From: Bacteroidia bacterium
Lineage (GTDB): Bacteria; Bacteroidota; Bacteroidia; Cytophagales; Cyclobacteriaceae
Assembly: GCA_031414855.1 (NCBI GenBank)
Contig: JANOQK010000322.1
Span: forward strand, 1-53,808
Length of the DNA: 53,808 bases
Direction: 5' to 3'
Of this stretch, positions 8,972 to 17,886 are shown piece by piece. The notes under the pieces were generated by a model that saw only the letters and a list, made by a program, of their open reading frames with translations, did no database searches and was not told the origin of the DNA. The number at the start of each line of letters is the position of its first letter. The first letter of the stretch is position 1. Both the position numbers and the translations under genes were made by a program.

Positions 8972-11900
8972 ATGCTGAATGCCATAATTCATTTTTCCGT
9001 TCGCAATAAATTCATTGTTGGACTTTTTACCATTGCTTTAATCCTTTGGGGTAGCTACTCCATTACACAACTGCCGATTGATGCGGTTCCTGATATTACT
9101 AACAACCAGGTGCAAGTAATCACATCTGTCCCTTCGCTGGGTGCGGCAGATATTGAGCGTCTTATTACATTTCCAATCGAACAGATAAACAGCAACATTC
9201 CGGGACTCATAGAGTTGAGAAGCTTTTCACGTTTCGGATTATCTCTTGTTACGATCGTATTTGACGATGATACCGATGTGTATTGGGCGCGCCAACAAGT
9301 GGCCGAGCGGCTTCAAATTGTAAAAGATCAGATTCCCAAGGGGTTAGGTGTACCTGTCTTAGCTCCTGTAACAACAGGTCTTGGCGAGATTTATCAGTAT
9401 GTAGTCAAAGCGAAAAAAGGATATGAGAGTCGTTATGATATTATAGAGTTACGCACCATACAAGATTGGATTGTAAGGCGTCAGCTATTGCGGGTTCAGG
9501 GTGTAGCGGATGTCAGCAGTTTTGGCGGCAAGCTGAAACAATATGAAATAGCCATTGATCCGAATAAACTAAAATCTTATGGGCTGACGGTTAATGATGT
9601 TTTTTCCTCACTAGAAAACAATAATCAAAACACGGGCGGTGCCTACATCGAAAAACAATCTACTGTTTTATACATACGAAGTGAAGGCTTGATCGGTAGT
9701 CTTTCTGACATCTCCAGTATTGCCGTAAAAAACACAGAAAATGGAACCCCTCTATTTATAAAAGATGTAGCTGAGGTTCGGATTGGCAGTGCCATACGGT
9801 ATGGCGCCATGACCTACAATGGAGAAGGTGAAGTGGCAGGTGCTGTAGTGATGATGTTGAAAGGTGCCAACAGCAGTCAGGTGATAAAGAACGTAAAGGA
9901 AAAAATTGAGCAAACAAAAAAGATTTTACCCGAAGGTGTTGAGATAGAACCTTTCCTCGATCGGACCAAGATGGTTGACAATGCCATTGGTACTGTTGAA
10001 ACCAATTTAATGGAAGGAGCTTTGATTGTTGTATTTGTCCTTGTCTTGTTCTTAGGGAATTTTCGCGCTGGTCTTTTAGTGGCATCTGTTATTCCGCTCT
10101 CCATGCTTTTCGCGGTTATCATGATGAACCTGTTTGGTGTAAGCGGAAACCTCATGAGCCTCGGGGCATTGGATTTCGGGTTGATCGTGGATGGTGCTGT
10201 AATTATTGTCGAAGCGGTTATGCACCAACTCTCGCATGGCAGGAAGTTTATGACCGTAAGTTCGCTTAGTCAGACCGAAATGGACAACGAGGTAAATCAC
10301 TCTGCTGGAAGAATGATGAACAGTGCAGTGTTTGGTCAAATTATAATTCTTATCGTGTACTTACCAATTTTCACGTTGCAAGGCATTGAAGGAAAAATGT
10401 TTAAGCCCATGGCTCAAACGGTGGCCTTCGCATTGCTCGGAGCTTTTATTCTGTCACTCACCTACATCCCGATGATGAGCAGTGTTTTTTTGAGCAAAAC
10501 AATTAAACACACTAAGAACTTTTCTGATAAAATGATGGAAAGGATTGAAGGCGTATATCAACTAGCATTACAAAAAGTGATGGGCTACCCAAAAGCTATT
10601 TTAATAGCTGTGATTGGAATGTTCACAGCAGCCCTAATCACCCTCTCGTTTCTTGGTGGCGAATTCATTCCCTCACTGGAAGAAGGTGATTTTGCTGTGG
10701 AGACAAGAGTACTTACCGGAAGCAATTTGAACGTCTCGGTAGAGGCAACAATAAAGGCTGAAAAAATATTGCTCGAAAAATTTCCAGAAGTAATAAAAGT
10801 TGTGGGCAAGACAGGAAGCGGAGAGGTGCCCACCGACCCCATGCCAATTGAAGCAAGTGACCTGATGATCATACTAAAAGATAAAAGTGAATGGACTTCT
10901 GCCGATTCCTTTAATGAACTTGCCGAAAAAATGGCTGCTGAACTAGAAGCTTTGCCGGGTGTTACGTTTGGCTTTCAGTATCCTGTCCAGATGCGGTTCA
11001 ACGAATTGATGACAGGAGCCCGCCAAGATGTTGTATGTAAAATATTTGGAGAAAATTTGGATACCCTTGCCTTCTATGCAAACAAATTAGGGCATGTAAT
11101 CAATACCGTTGATGGAAGTGTTGATCTATATGTAGAGTCAGTCACTGGCATGCCGCAAATTGTAATCAATTACAATCGCGCTGCAATAGCACAATATGGT
11201 TTAAATATTTCCGATATCAATAGGATCGTCAACACTGCGTTTGCCGGTCAAAGCACAGGACTAGTATATGAAGATGAAAGGAGATTTGATTTAGTCGTGC
11301 GTATGGTGGGCGAACAACGCAAAAATCTTAGCGATGTACAAACTTTACTTATCCCCACCTCAACAGGAGATCAAATACCGCTAAATCAGCTTGCCGAAGT
11401 TGAGATCAAAGAAGGCCCCAATCAAATACAGCGCGAAGATGCGAGACGAAGAATTATTGTGGGGTTTAATGTACGCGGCCGCGATGTGGAGAGCATTGTC
11501 AACGAGCTTCAAACAAAAGTGGAAACTCAAATAAAATTTCCAGCCGGTTATTATGTAACCTATGGAGGTGCTTTTGAAAACCTCAATGCAGCCAAGCAAC
11601 GACTAAGCATAGCCGTGCCCGTTTCTCTGGCACTAATTTTTCTCATGCTCTACTTTGCATTCAACTCTGTCAAACATAGTTTACTAATTTATTCTGCCAT
11701 TCCACTTTCCGCAATTGGTGGGATCTTTGCGCTTTCTGTTCGAGGGCTTCCATTCAGTATAAGTGCGGGTGTTGGATTCATTGCCTTGTTTGGTGTCGCT
11801 GTGCTGAATGGCATCGTTTTGGTTGCAGAATTCAATCGACTAAAAGCAGATGGTCATCTTGATTTAAAAAGCATCGTCATCGAGGGAACAAAGGTTCGTC

Positions 11901-13324
11901 TTCGTCCAGTTTTGATGACTGCTTTAGTTGCATCGCTTGGTTTTCTTCCCATGGCGCTTAGCAATGGATCGGGTGCCGAAGTTCAGCGTCCATTGGCTAC
12001 TGTTGTCATCGGAGGATTATTGATTGCTACCTTTTTAACTTTGTTTGTTTTGCCTGTTCTATATATACTCTTCGAATCTGGCTTCGGCAAAAAAAGAATG
12101 AACTCTCCAATGGGTGTGGGTCTCATTCTTCTAATGTTGATTTTCTCTTCCCAACAGACAGCAGCACAAAAGCCAATTACATTAGAAGCAGCAATAGATA
12201 CCGCTTTGGCAAATAATCTCCTTGTTAAAAATGAACGTTTGAAAGCTGAATATCAGAAACGTCTTATCAAGACTGCGATAAACCCATCGCAGGCAAACGT
12301 AAGTGGAGAGTATGGCCAATTCAATAGCAGCTATTCTGACAATCGGTTTGGCATCAGTCAAAACATAAATTTTCCTTCTGTTTACAGCAATCAAAAATCA
12401 TTGTTAAAAGAAGAGTGGCGAAGCAGTATGTTAAACATAACGGCAAAAGAACTAGATCTAAAGAGAAATGTCTCTCAGGTCTTTAATGCATTATCTTATC
12501 TACTTCAAAAGCAAAAGCTTCTTCGAAAGAATGACAGCCTGTATACTGAATTTTTGCGCAAAGCGGTTTTGCGATTCGAAGCAGGGGAATCCAATATTCT
12601 TGAAAAGACAACCGCAGAGATACAACGCGGGCAAATTACACTTCAGTTAAATCAATTAACTACCGATTTAGATGTGTTGACGTTGCAATTTCAGCTTCTC
12701 TTAAATACGAACACGGTACTCGTCCCTCAAGATAATTTCAAAATGAAGAGAAATGAAGTTTTGGATACAGTCTTTATTGAAAACCACCCCAGCATTCAAT
12801 TGCTTCAGCAAGAAAAGTTGGTTTCAATTAAAAACACTCAATTAGAGAAGGCCCGATTTCTCCCAGATCTGACTTTTGCCTATTCAAATATGTCCATGAG
12901 GGGTACGGGCTCTGATAACGTAACGTATGACGGTTCAACCCGATTTCAGTCTGCTCAAATCGGAATTGGAGTTCCTATTTTCTACGGTTCCCGAAAGGCA
13001 AAAATCAACGCTTCAAAATCGCTAGAAAAAGTTAGGGAAACTAATTACCTCGTAGGTCTGCAACAGTTTGATATAGAGTACAAAAAAGCGCTAAACCAAG
13101 TTGGGCATTTTTCAAAGTCAGTTGCTTATTACGAGCAAATGGGTTTAAAAAACGCAGAGTTAATTATTGAAACTGCCTATAAGCAATTCACCAATGGGGA
13201 AATAAACTACCTGGAATGGGTAATGCTAACCAATCAGGCCATTTCAATCCAATCAGAATATTTAAATGCTGTTAACAACTTAAACGAAAGTACCATCCAA
13301 TTAAATTATTTCCTCGAAAAATAA
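8972..13324 (+). CDS. CusA/CzcA family heavy-metal RND transporter fused to a C-terminal TolC-like domain
   Basis: 1450 aa; IDAVPDIT, GALDFGLIVDGAV and RLRPVLMTA motifs; about 380 aa OEP-like tail. Confidence 0.93.
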   Translation: MLNAIIHFSVRNKFIVGLFTIALILWGSYSITQLPIDAVPDITNNQVQVITSVPSLGAADIERLITFPIEQINSNIPGLIELRSFSRFGLSLVTIVFDDDTDVYWARQQVAERLQIVKDQIPKGLGVPVLAPVTTGLGEIYQYVVKAKKGYESRYDIIELRTIQDWIVRRQLLRVQGVADVSSFGGKLKQYEIAIDPNKLKSYGLTVNDVFSSLENNNQNTGGAYIEKQSTVLYIRSEGLIGSLSDISSIAVKNTENGTPLFIKDVAEVRIGSAIRYGAMTYNGEGEVAGAVVMMLKGANSSQVIKNVKEKIEQTKKILPEGVEIEPFLDRTKMVDNAIGTVETNLMEGALIVVFVLVLFLGNFRAGLLVASVIPLSMLFAVIMMNLFGVSGNLMSLGALDFGLIVDGAVIIVEAVMHQLSHGRKFMTVSSLSQTEMDNEVNHSAGRMMNSAVFGQIIILIVYLPIFTLQGIEGKMFKPMAQTVAFALLGAFILSLTYIPMMSSVFLSKTIKHTKNFSDKMMERIEGVYQLALQKVMGYPKAILIAVIGMFTAALITLSFLGGEFIPSLEEGDFAVETRVLTGSNLNVSVEATIKAEKILLEKFPEVIKVVGKTGSGEVPTDPMPIEASDLMIILKDKSEWTSADSFNELAEKMAAELEALPGVTFGFQYPVQMRFNELMTGARQDVVCKIFGENLDTLAFYANKLGHVINTVDGSVDLYVESVTGMPQIVINYNRAAIAQYGLNISDINRIVNTAFAGQSTGLVYEDERRFDLVVRMVGEQRKNLSDVQTLLIPTSTGDQIPLNQLAEVEIKEGPNQIQREDARRRIIVGFNVRGRDVESIVNELQTKVETQIKFPAGYYVTYGGAFENLNAAKQRLSIAVPVSLALIFLMLYFAFNSVKHSLLIYSAIPLSAIGGIFALSVRGLPFSISAGVGFIALFGVAVLNGIVLVAEFNRLKADGHLDLKSIVIEGTKVRLRPVLMTALVASLGFLPMALSNGSGAEVQRPLATVVIGGLLIATFLTLFVLPVLYILFESGFGKKRMNSPMGVGLILLMLIFSSQQTAAQKPITLEAAIDTALANNLLVKNERLKAEYQKRLIKTAINPSQANVSGEYGQFNSSYSDNRFGISQNINFPSVYSNQKSLLKEEWRSSMLNITAKELDLKRNVSQVFNALSYLLQKQKLLRKNDSLYTEFLRKAVLRFEAGESNILEKTTAEIQRGQITLQLNQLTTDLDVLTLQFQLLLNTNTVLVPQDNFKMKRNEVLDTVFIENHPSIQLLQQEKLVSIKNTQLEKARFLPDLTFAYSNMSMRGTGSDNVTYDGSTRFQSAQIGIGVPIFYGSRKAKINASKSLEKVRETNYLVGLQQFDIEYKKALNQVGHFSKSVAYYEQMGLKNAELIIETAYKQFTNGEINYLEWVMLTNQAISIQSEYLNAVNNLNESTIQLNYFLEK

Positions 13325-13345
13325 GTATCTATAACTACGTGTATC

Positions 13346-14518
13346 ATGAAAATATTAACTCATTATAATTTACTCTCTGTGTTATCCTCACTAAGAATAG
13401 CTTCTATTGCCTGTCTGTTCTTATTAACGATTTCCTGTTCCTCCAAAAAGGAAACATCCACAGAGGCCGATAGCTTATCGTTGGAAAACGGTGTTACCCT
13501 TACAACTGAACAATTTACAAATGCAGGCATAACGATTGGCAAAATCGAACAAAAATCCATTTCAAGTATTTTAAAAGTAAATGGCAGAATAGATGTGCCT
13601 CCGCAAAACATGATTTCGGTAAGCGTACCAATGGGTGGCTATCTGAAGTACACCAAACTATTACCAGGCATGCATGTCAATCGAGGTGAGGTTATTGCTG
13701 TGATGGAGGATCAACAATACATTCAACTGCAGCAAGATTTCTTAACTGCAAAAGCCCGATTGAATTTTACGGCCAACGAATATGAGCGCCAAAAAGAGCT
13801 CAATCAAAGTAAGGCCACAAGTGATAAGGTTTTTCAGCAGACGGAATCGAATTTTATCACAGAAAAGATAAACGTGAAGTCTCTTTCCGAAAGATTGAAA
13901 CTAATCGGCATCAATCCTGATCAGCTAAATGAAAATTCCATTTCAAAAAGCATCAATATTCAGTCGCCCATTTCTGGTTATGTTTCACATGTGAATGTAA
14001 ACATTGGCAAGTATACCCAACCAAGCGAAGTACTCTTTGAACTAATTAACCCGGAAGATATTCACCTGGCACTTACACTGTTCGAAAAAGATTTATACAA
14101 ACTTACCATTGGCCAAAAAGTGTTAGCCTACTCAAATGGTCAGCCTAACAAAAAATATGAATGCGAGATCATTCTAATTGGTCAAAACTTGTCTGCCGAC
14201 AGAAGCACCGAGGTGCATAGCCATTTTGAAAAGTATGACAAAAGCCTCGTGCCTGGCATGTATATGAATGCTGAGATAGAGTTGAAAAAAAACAATGTTT
14301 ATGCGCTTCCCGAGGAATCAATTGTTCGATTTGAAAACAATCAGTATGTTTTTGTTGCGCAAAGTGAAAGAGCCTATGAACTTATTGAGGTGAAAACGGG
14401 TGACTCAGAAAATGGTTTCACGGAAATTAGGGGAGGAGAAACCCTTAGCGATAAAAACATTGTGATCAAAGGAGCTTATCCTTTGCTCATGTCATTGAAG
14501 AACAAAGCAGAAGAATAA
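13346..14518 (+). CDS. RND efflux periplasmic adaptor (CzcB/CusB-like) lipoprotein
   Basis: Lipobox TISC, MFP hairpin/lipoyl pattern, adjacent to the RND pump. Confidence 0.9.
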   Translation: MKILTHYNLLSVLSSLRIASIACLFLLTISCSSKKETSTEADSLSLENGVTLTTEQFTNAGITIGKIEQKSISSILKVNGRIDVPPQNMISVSVPMGGYLKYTKLLPGMHVNRGEVIAVMEDQQYIQLQQDFLTAKARLNFTANEYERQKELNQSKATSDKVFQQTESNFITEKINVKSLSERLKLIGINPDQLNENSISKSINIQSPISGYVSHVNVNIGKYTQPSEVLFELINPEDIHLALTLFEKDLYKLTIGQKVLAYSNGQPNKKYECEIILIGQNLSADRSTEVHSHFEKYDKSLVPGMYMNAEIELKKNNVYALPEESIVRFENNQYVFVAQSERAYELIEVKTGDSENGFTEIRGGETLSDKNIVIKGAYPLLMSLKNKAEE

Positions 14519-14534
14519 TTAATGATTTCACGCT

Positions 14535-15803
14535 GTGAATATTCAAGACCTTCTTCAACCATCAGTCCGGAATTTCATTCTTCAGAATGAAGCAGAGGAT
14601 GAGAACAATTTGTTGCTTAAGCACAAGTTCATTCTTGGTGTTCCCACTACTTTGGTTGTCGATCAAATCGTGGGCAAAAGAAAAGCAAAACTAAAACTAC
14701 CAATCTGGTATTCTACTAAAAACATCATCTTCCCCCCTTCTGTTAACATTGAACAATGCTCTTCCGAAGCAACTGCGAAATTCAAAGTTGAATTACTAAA
14801 ACAAAATATAAATAGTGATTTCAATAAAGCCGTTGACTTAACAGGAGGCTTTGGTGTAGATAGCTTTTTTCTAAGCTCCCTTTTTAAAAAAGTGGACTAT
14901 GTAGAAACTGATGAAAACCTGTTTGAAATTGTAAAACATAATCACACAGTACTTCAAGAATCCAGAATCCCTGCCTGTCCGGCAGGCAGGCAGAATGCAG
15001 AATCCGGGATCAACCATCAAAACACAACAGCTGATAAGTTTTTAGATACGGCAAAATGTAAGTATGATCTTATCTACATCGACCCCTCTCGCAGAACAAA
15101 AGGTAATCAGAAAATATTTCGTTTTGCCGATTGTCAACCGAACTTGATTCAACTCCTTCACAGAATTTTTCAATTGACCAACTACCTTTTAGTTAAGGCT
15201 TCTCCTCTCATTGATCTACAATCAGGAATAAACGAACTGAAATGTGTCCAAAGAATATTTGTGGTGGCGGTTGACAACGAATGCAAGGAAGTCCTTTTTC
15301 TTTGTCAAAAAGGTTTCATGGGCGAACCCGTAGTAAGTGCAATCAATATAAAAAGCTCTGCTGACTCGCCCGCTCAAGAGTCGTTTGATTTCTTGCTTTC
15401 GGAAGAAAGGAATTCTGTCGCCTCTTTTTCGAACCCGCTCTTCTATTTATACGAACCCGATGCGGCCATCCTTAAATCCGGTGCTTTTAAACTAATTGGA
15501 AATAAGTATCGTATTCATAAGCTCCAGAAAAACACTCACCTCTATACCTCAGAGACAGTCGTTCCAAATTTTCCTGGTAAGGTTTTTAAAATTGAAGCTA
15601 TTATTAAATCCGACCCAAAGACTGTTCGCCAATATTTACCAGAAGGCAAGGCAAATGTAGTGACACGCAATTATCCGCTTAGCCCAGAAGAGTTGAAAAA
15701 GAAAACAGCATTAAATGACGGAGGCCAAAAATTTCTGATTGGTTTTTCGGGATTGAAAGCAAAGTTTGTAGCGGTGTGTACTCGATTATTCATCCTCCCT
15801 TAA
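14535..15803 (+). CDS. Class I SAM-dependent methyltransferase with THUMP-like domain
   Basis: EQCSSE, DLTGGFGVD, YIDPSRR and LYEPDAAILKSG motifs. Confidence 0.85.
   Translation: MNIQDLLQPSVRNFILQNEAEDENNLLLKHKFILGVPTTLVVDQIVGKRKAKLKLPIWYSTKNIIFPPSVNIEQCSSEATAKFKVELLKQNINSDFNKAVDLTGGFGVDSFFLSSLFKKVDYVETDENLFEIVKHNHTVLQESRIPACPAGRQNAESGINHQNTTADKFLDTAKCKYDLIYIDPSRRTKGNQKIFRFADCQPNLIQLLHRIFQLTNYLLVKASPLIDLQSGINELKCVQRIFVVAVDNECKEVLFLCQKGFMGEPVVSAINIKSSADSPAQESFDFLLSEERNSVASFSNPLFYLYEPDAAILKSGAFKLIGNKYRIHKLQKNTHLYTSETVVPNFPGKVFKIEAIIKSDPKTVRQYLPEGKANVVTRNYPLSPEELKKKTALNDGGQKFLIGFSGLKAKFVAVCTRLFILP
14957..15012 (+). repeat. In-frame AGAATCC heptamer array interrupted by a 21-nt palindrome
   Basis: AGAATCC AGAATCC [..] AGAATGC AGAATCC with CCTGCCTG-TCCGG-CAGGCAGG at 14970-14990. 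Confidence 0.8.
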
Positions 15804-16151
15804 AAAGACTACATATTGTGGACTTAATTCAACCATGAATCTCTTAGCAATGTTTAATTTCTCAATAAACAAAAGGTTATCAGAAAGAATTTTTACTAAG
15901 TCCTGATTAGAAATATTTCCAAGATTAATCTTTATCAGTTTCCTTGGCGTGTGATTGATAGCAAAACTATTTTTGAAGTCAGAATCCTTTGTGATAAGGA
16001 TCCAGTCATTAAGATCCGCATAGGCCGAAATTTCGCTATCCTTCGTAAACCATTTGTCCAGTATATCATTAACATGGATGGTTTCATAACCCAATGAACT
16101 AAGATGTTTTACGATTTTAAAGGAAATGTGAACATCGCATATAAACCTCAT
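15786..16151 (-). CDS. DUF5615 PIN-like protein (putative VapC45-type toxin)
   Basis: MRFICDVHI, DSEI and ILITKDSDF acidic PIN motifs; 4-nt overlap with the upstream DUF433 gene. Confidence 0.85.
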   Translation of the reverse strand: MRFICDVHISFKIVKHLSSLGYETIHVNDILDKWFTKDSEISAYADLNDWILITKDSDFKNSFAINHTPRKLIKINLGNISNQDLVKILSDNLLFIEKLNIAKRFMVELSPQYVVFLREDE

Positions 16152-16375
16152 GCGACCTCTTGTATCGAACGTCCTGATAAAGAAATTTTTGCGTAGTCTA
16201 GGCTTGCAAGTATATCTTCTCTTTCTAATTCAGGATGATCTTCTACAATCTGTTCTATTGTCATTCCAGAGCTAAGCATATCAATAATAACTTCAACGGG
16301 CCATCGCATACCACGAATGCACGGTTTTCCGTGTGAGATTTCTGGTGCTCTTGTTATTCTATTAATCCTGCTCAC
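16148..16375 (-). CDS. DUF433 protein (putative VapB45-type antitoxin)
   Basis: RITRAPEISHGKPCIRGMRWPV...HPELEREDILASLDYA. Confidence 0.9.
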   Translation of the reverse strand: MSRINRITRAPEISHGKPCIRGMRWPVEVIIDMLSSGMTIEQIVEDHPELEREDILASLDYAKISLSGRSIQEVA

Positions 16376-16401
16376 AGGTATGGAATTTATAAGGGATTAT
16401 T

Positions 16402-16420
16402 TCCTTATCAAAGATAAGGA
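16402..16420 (-). promoter_or_regulatory. Palindromic operator overlapping the -7 promoter element of the TA operon
   Basis: TCCTTATC-AAA-GATAAGGA; the minus strand contains TATCTTTG (TAnnTTTG). Confidence 0.6.
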
Positions 16421-16624
16421 TTTTTATAAAAGTGACGCAAGTAGTCCAATCCAGTCAAAAAAAAAGAGATTAGGGGTTACAGCGAAGGTTTCTCAATTAA
16501 ACTTAATCCTTTAAAAGCCCCTGACATACTCTGGCGTAGAACCAATCTATTATTGATTTAGGTTTGATTGAGTCTCTCCGTAGACTTCATCAGAAAATAA
16601 TTACACTTTAATAGGCAACCTAAT

Positions 16625-16843
16625 ATGAAATACAAAATTGACAAACGTCTGATAGAATCTTATTTTCTGATAAACCGGGACGAGCAAGAGTTTTTTAATC
16701 GCGTAAAACAAGGCGAACAGGTTGCCCTTCTTCATCTTTGTATGACTCACATGCATTTTGAAAAACGCAAACCAGAAAGCGCTGATCATTTCTACCAACT
16801 GCTGCAATCTTCATCATTCTCAACAAGTATTGGAAGACAATGA
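16625..16843 (+). CDS. Hypothetical protein, possibly the 5' part of a truncated gene
   Basis: 72-aa ATG ORF whose tail runs out of frame into the WYL remnant. Confidence 0.35.
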   Translation: MKYKIDKRLIESYFLINRDEQEFFNRVKQGEQVALLHLCMTHMHFEKRKPESADHFYQLLQSSSFSTSIGRQ

Positions 16844-17003
16844 AGACAAAACCATTATAAAACTAACTGTCAACGTTACCTATGATTTTATCATGGAACT
16901 GCTCTCGCATGGAGATCGCGTAAGGATTATTTCACCTAAGACCTTAAGAAATGAAGTGTGCGAAAGGTATTCCGCTGCCTTAAAACAATATGCAAGAAAC
17001 TAA
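16809..17003 (+). pseudogene. C-terminal (WCX) remnant of a WYL-domain regulator
   Basis: LHHSQQVLED...TYDFIMELLSHGDRVRIISPKTLRNEV; HTH and WYL core absent. Confidence 0.75.
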
Positions 17004-17029
17004 ATTTCAAAATTTGTTTCAATCATACC

Positions 17030-17533
17030 TTACAAGAACTGGATAATCATATCAACCGGTGTTTCTCCATTTATCGCCTTGACAAGCTTTTTAGATTCCG
17101 AATAGATGTAAACCGATGGCGTTGCGACCGCTCCAAACTGAGAAGCCACATCTTCAAATTTGATTTGAGCAAAATAAACGTTAGGCTGACTATTTAATTT
17201 GTAATCGGTCGCAAACTTATCCATTTTGGAAAAAGGATCTGTTGTAAGAAACCAGAGATCGTAGTTTTCAAAAGCTTTTAATCGGTTGCTGATTTCTAGT
17301 GCCTCACGCTGGCAATGATCACAATCTGGGAAATAAAGAATCAGAATACTTTTGCCTTTCAAAGCCCGAGCATTTTGTTGTGAGCCATCAGCAAGTGACA
17401 ATATCATGTTTGGCAACTCGTTGACCTCAGGGGTGCCTTCAATAGCAACCTCCTCTTGTTTTGTCGGACTGACGAAGTAGATAACAACTGTTACCACCAA
17501 CAGCACACCGAGTGCAATAACTATTTTTTTCAT
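17030..17533 (-). CDS. Membrane-anchored thioredoxin-fold (redoxin/TlpA-like) protein
   Basis: N-terminal TM, YFPDCDHC CxxC motif, TPSVYIY cis-Pro region. Confidence 0.8.
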   Translation of the reverse strand: MKKIVIALGVLLVVTVVIYFVSPTKQEEVAIEGTPEVNELPNMILSLADGSQQNARALKGKSILILYFPDCDHCQREALEISNRLKAFENYDLWFLTTDPFSKMDKFATDYKLNSQPNVYFAQIKFEDVASQFGAVATPSVYIYSESKKLVKAINGETPVDMIIQFL

Positions 17534-17542
17534 TTTCCTGTT

Positions 17543-17740
17543 TTAAAAATATTGCAGCACATAATAAGCCCCATAAAATATACACGTTAATAATCCGTAC
17601 ACCTGAAAAATCTTTTTCCGGTTTTGAGTGTCTTCCCACCATAACATCACCCATGGTTTATACAGGCCTATTAATAAAAAGATCAGACACGTATAACTTA
17701 AAAATGAAAATAGCAGCCTTACATAATACATACCAGTCAA
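17543..17740 (-). CDS. Small two-TM hypothetical protein
   Basis: GLYKPWVMLWWED...NRKK between two hydrophobic helices; co-oriented with the redoxin gene. Confidence 0.6.
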   Translation of the reverse strand: MTGMYYVRLLFSFLSYTCLIFLLIGLYKPWVMLWWEDTQNRKKIFQVYGLLTCIFYGAYYVLQYF

Positions 17741-17886
17741 AGATATTGGTTCGGATTGAAAAGCATAACGTATTTTTCGTTTAACGACCTCTTCCTTGAT
17801 TTGGAATACCTAAACGGATAAAAAACTAAAATTCAGGCAACCGGGAAAAAATCCGGTTAATCCAAAGTACTTTTGCACTCTCTTTT

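Noticed and set aside
8972-13324. CusA-TolC fusion as a novelty
   Set aside because: This fusion is common in Bacteroidota
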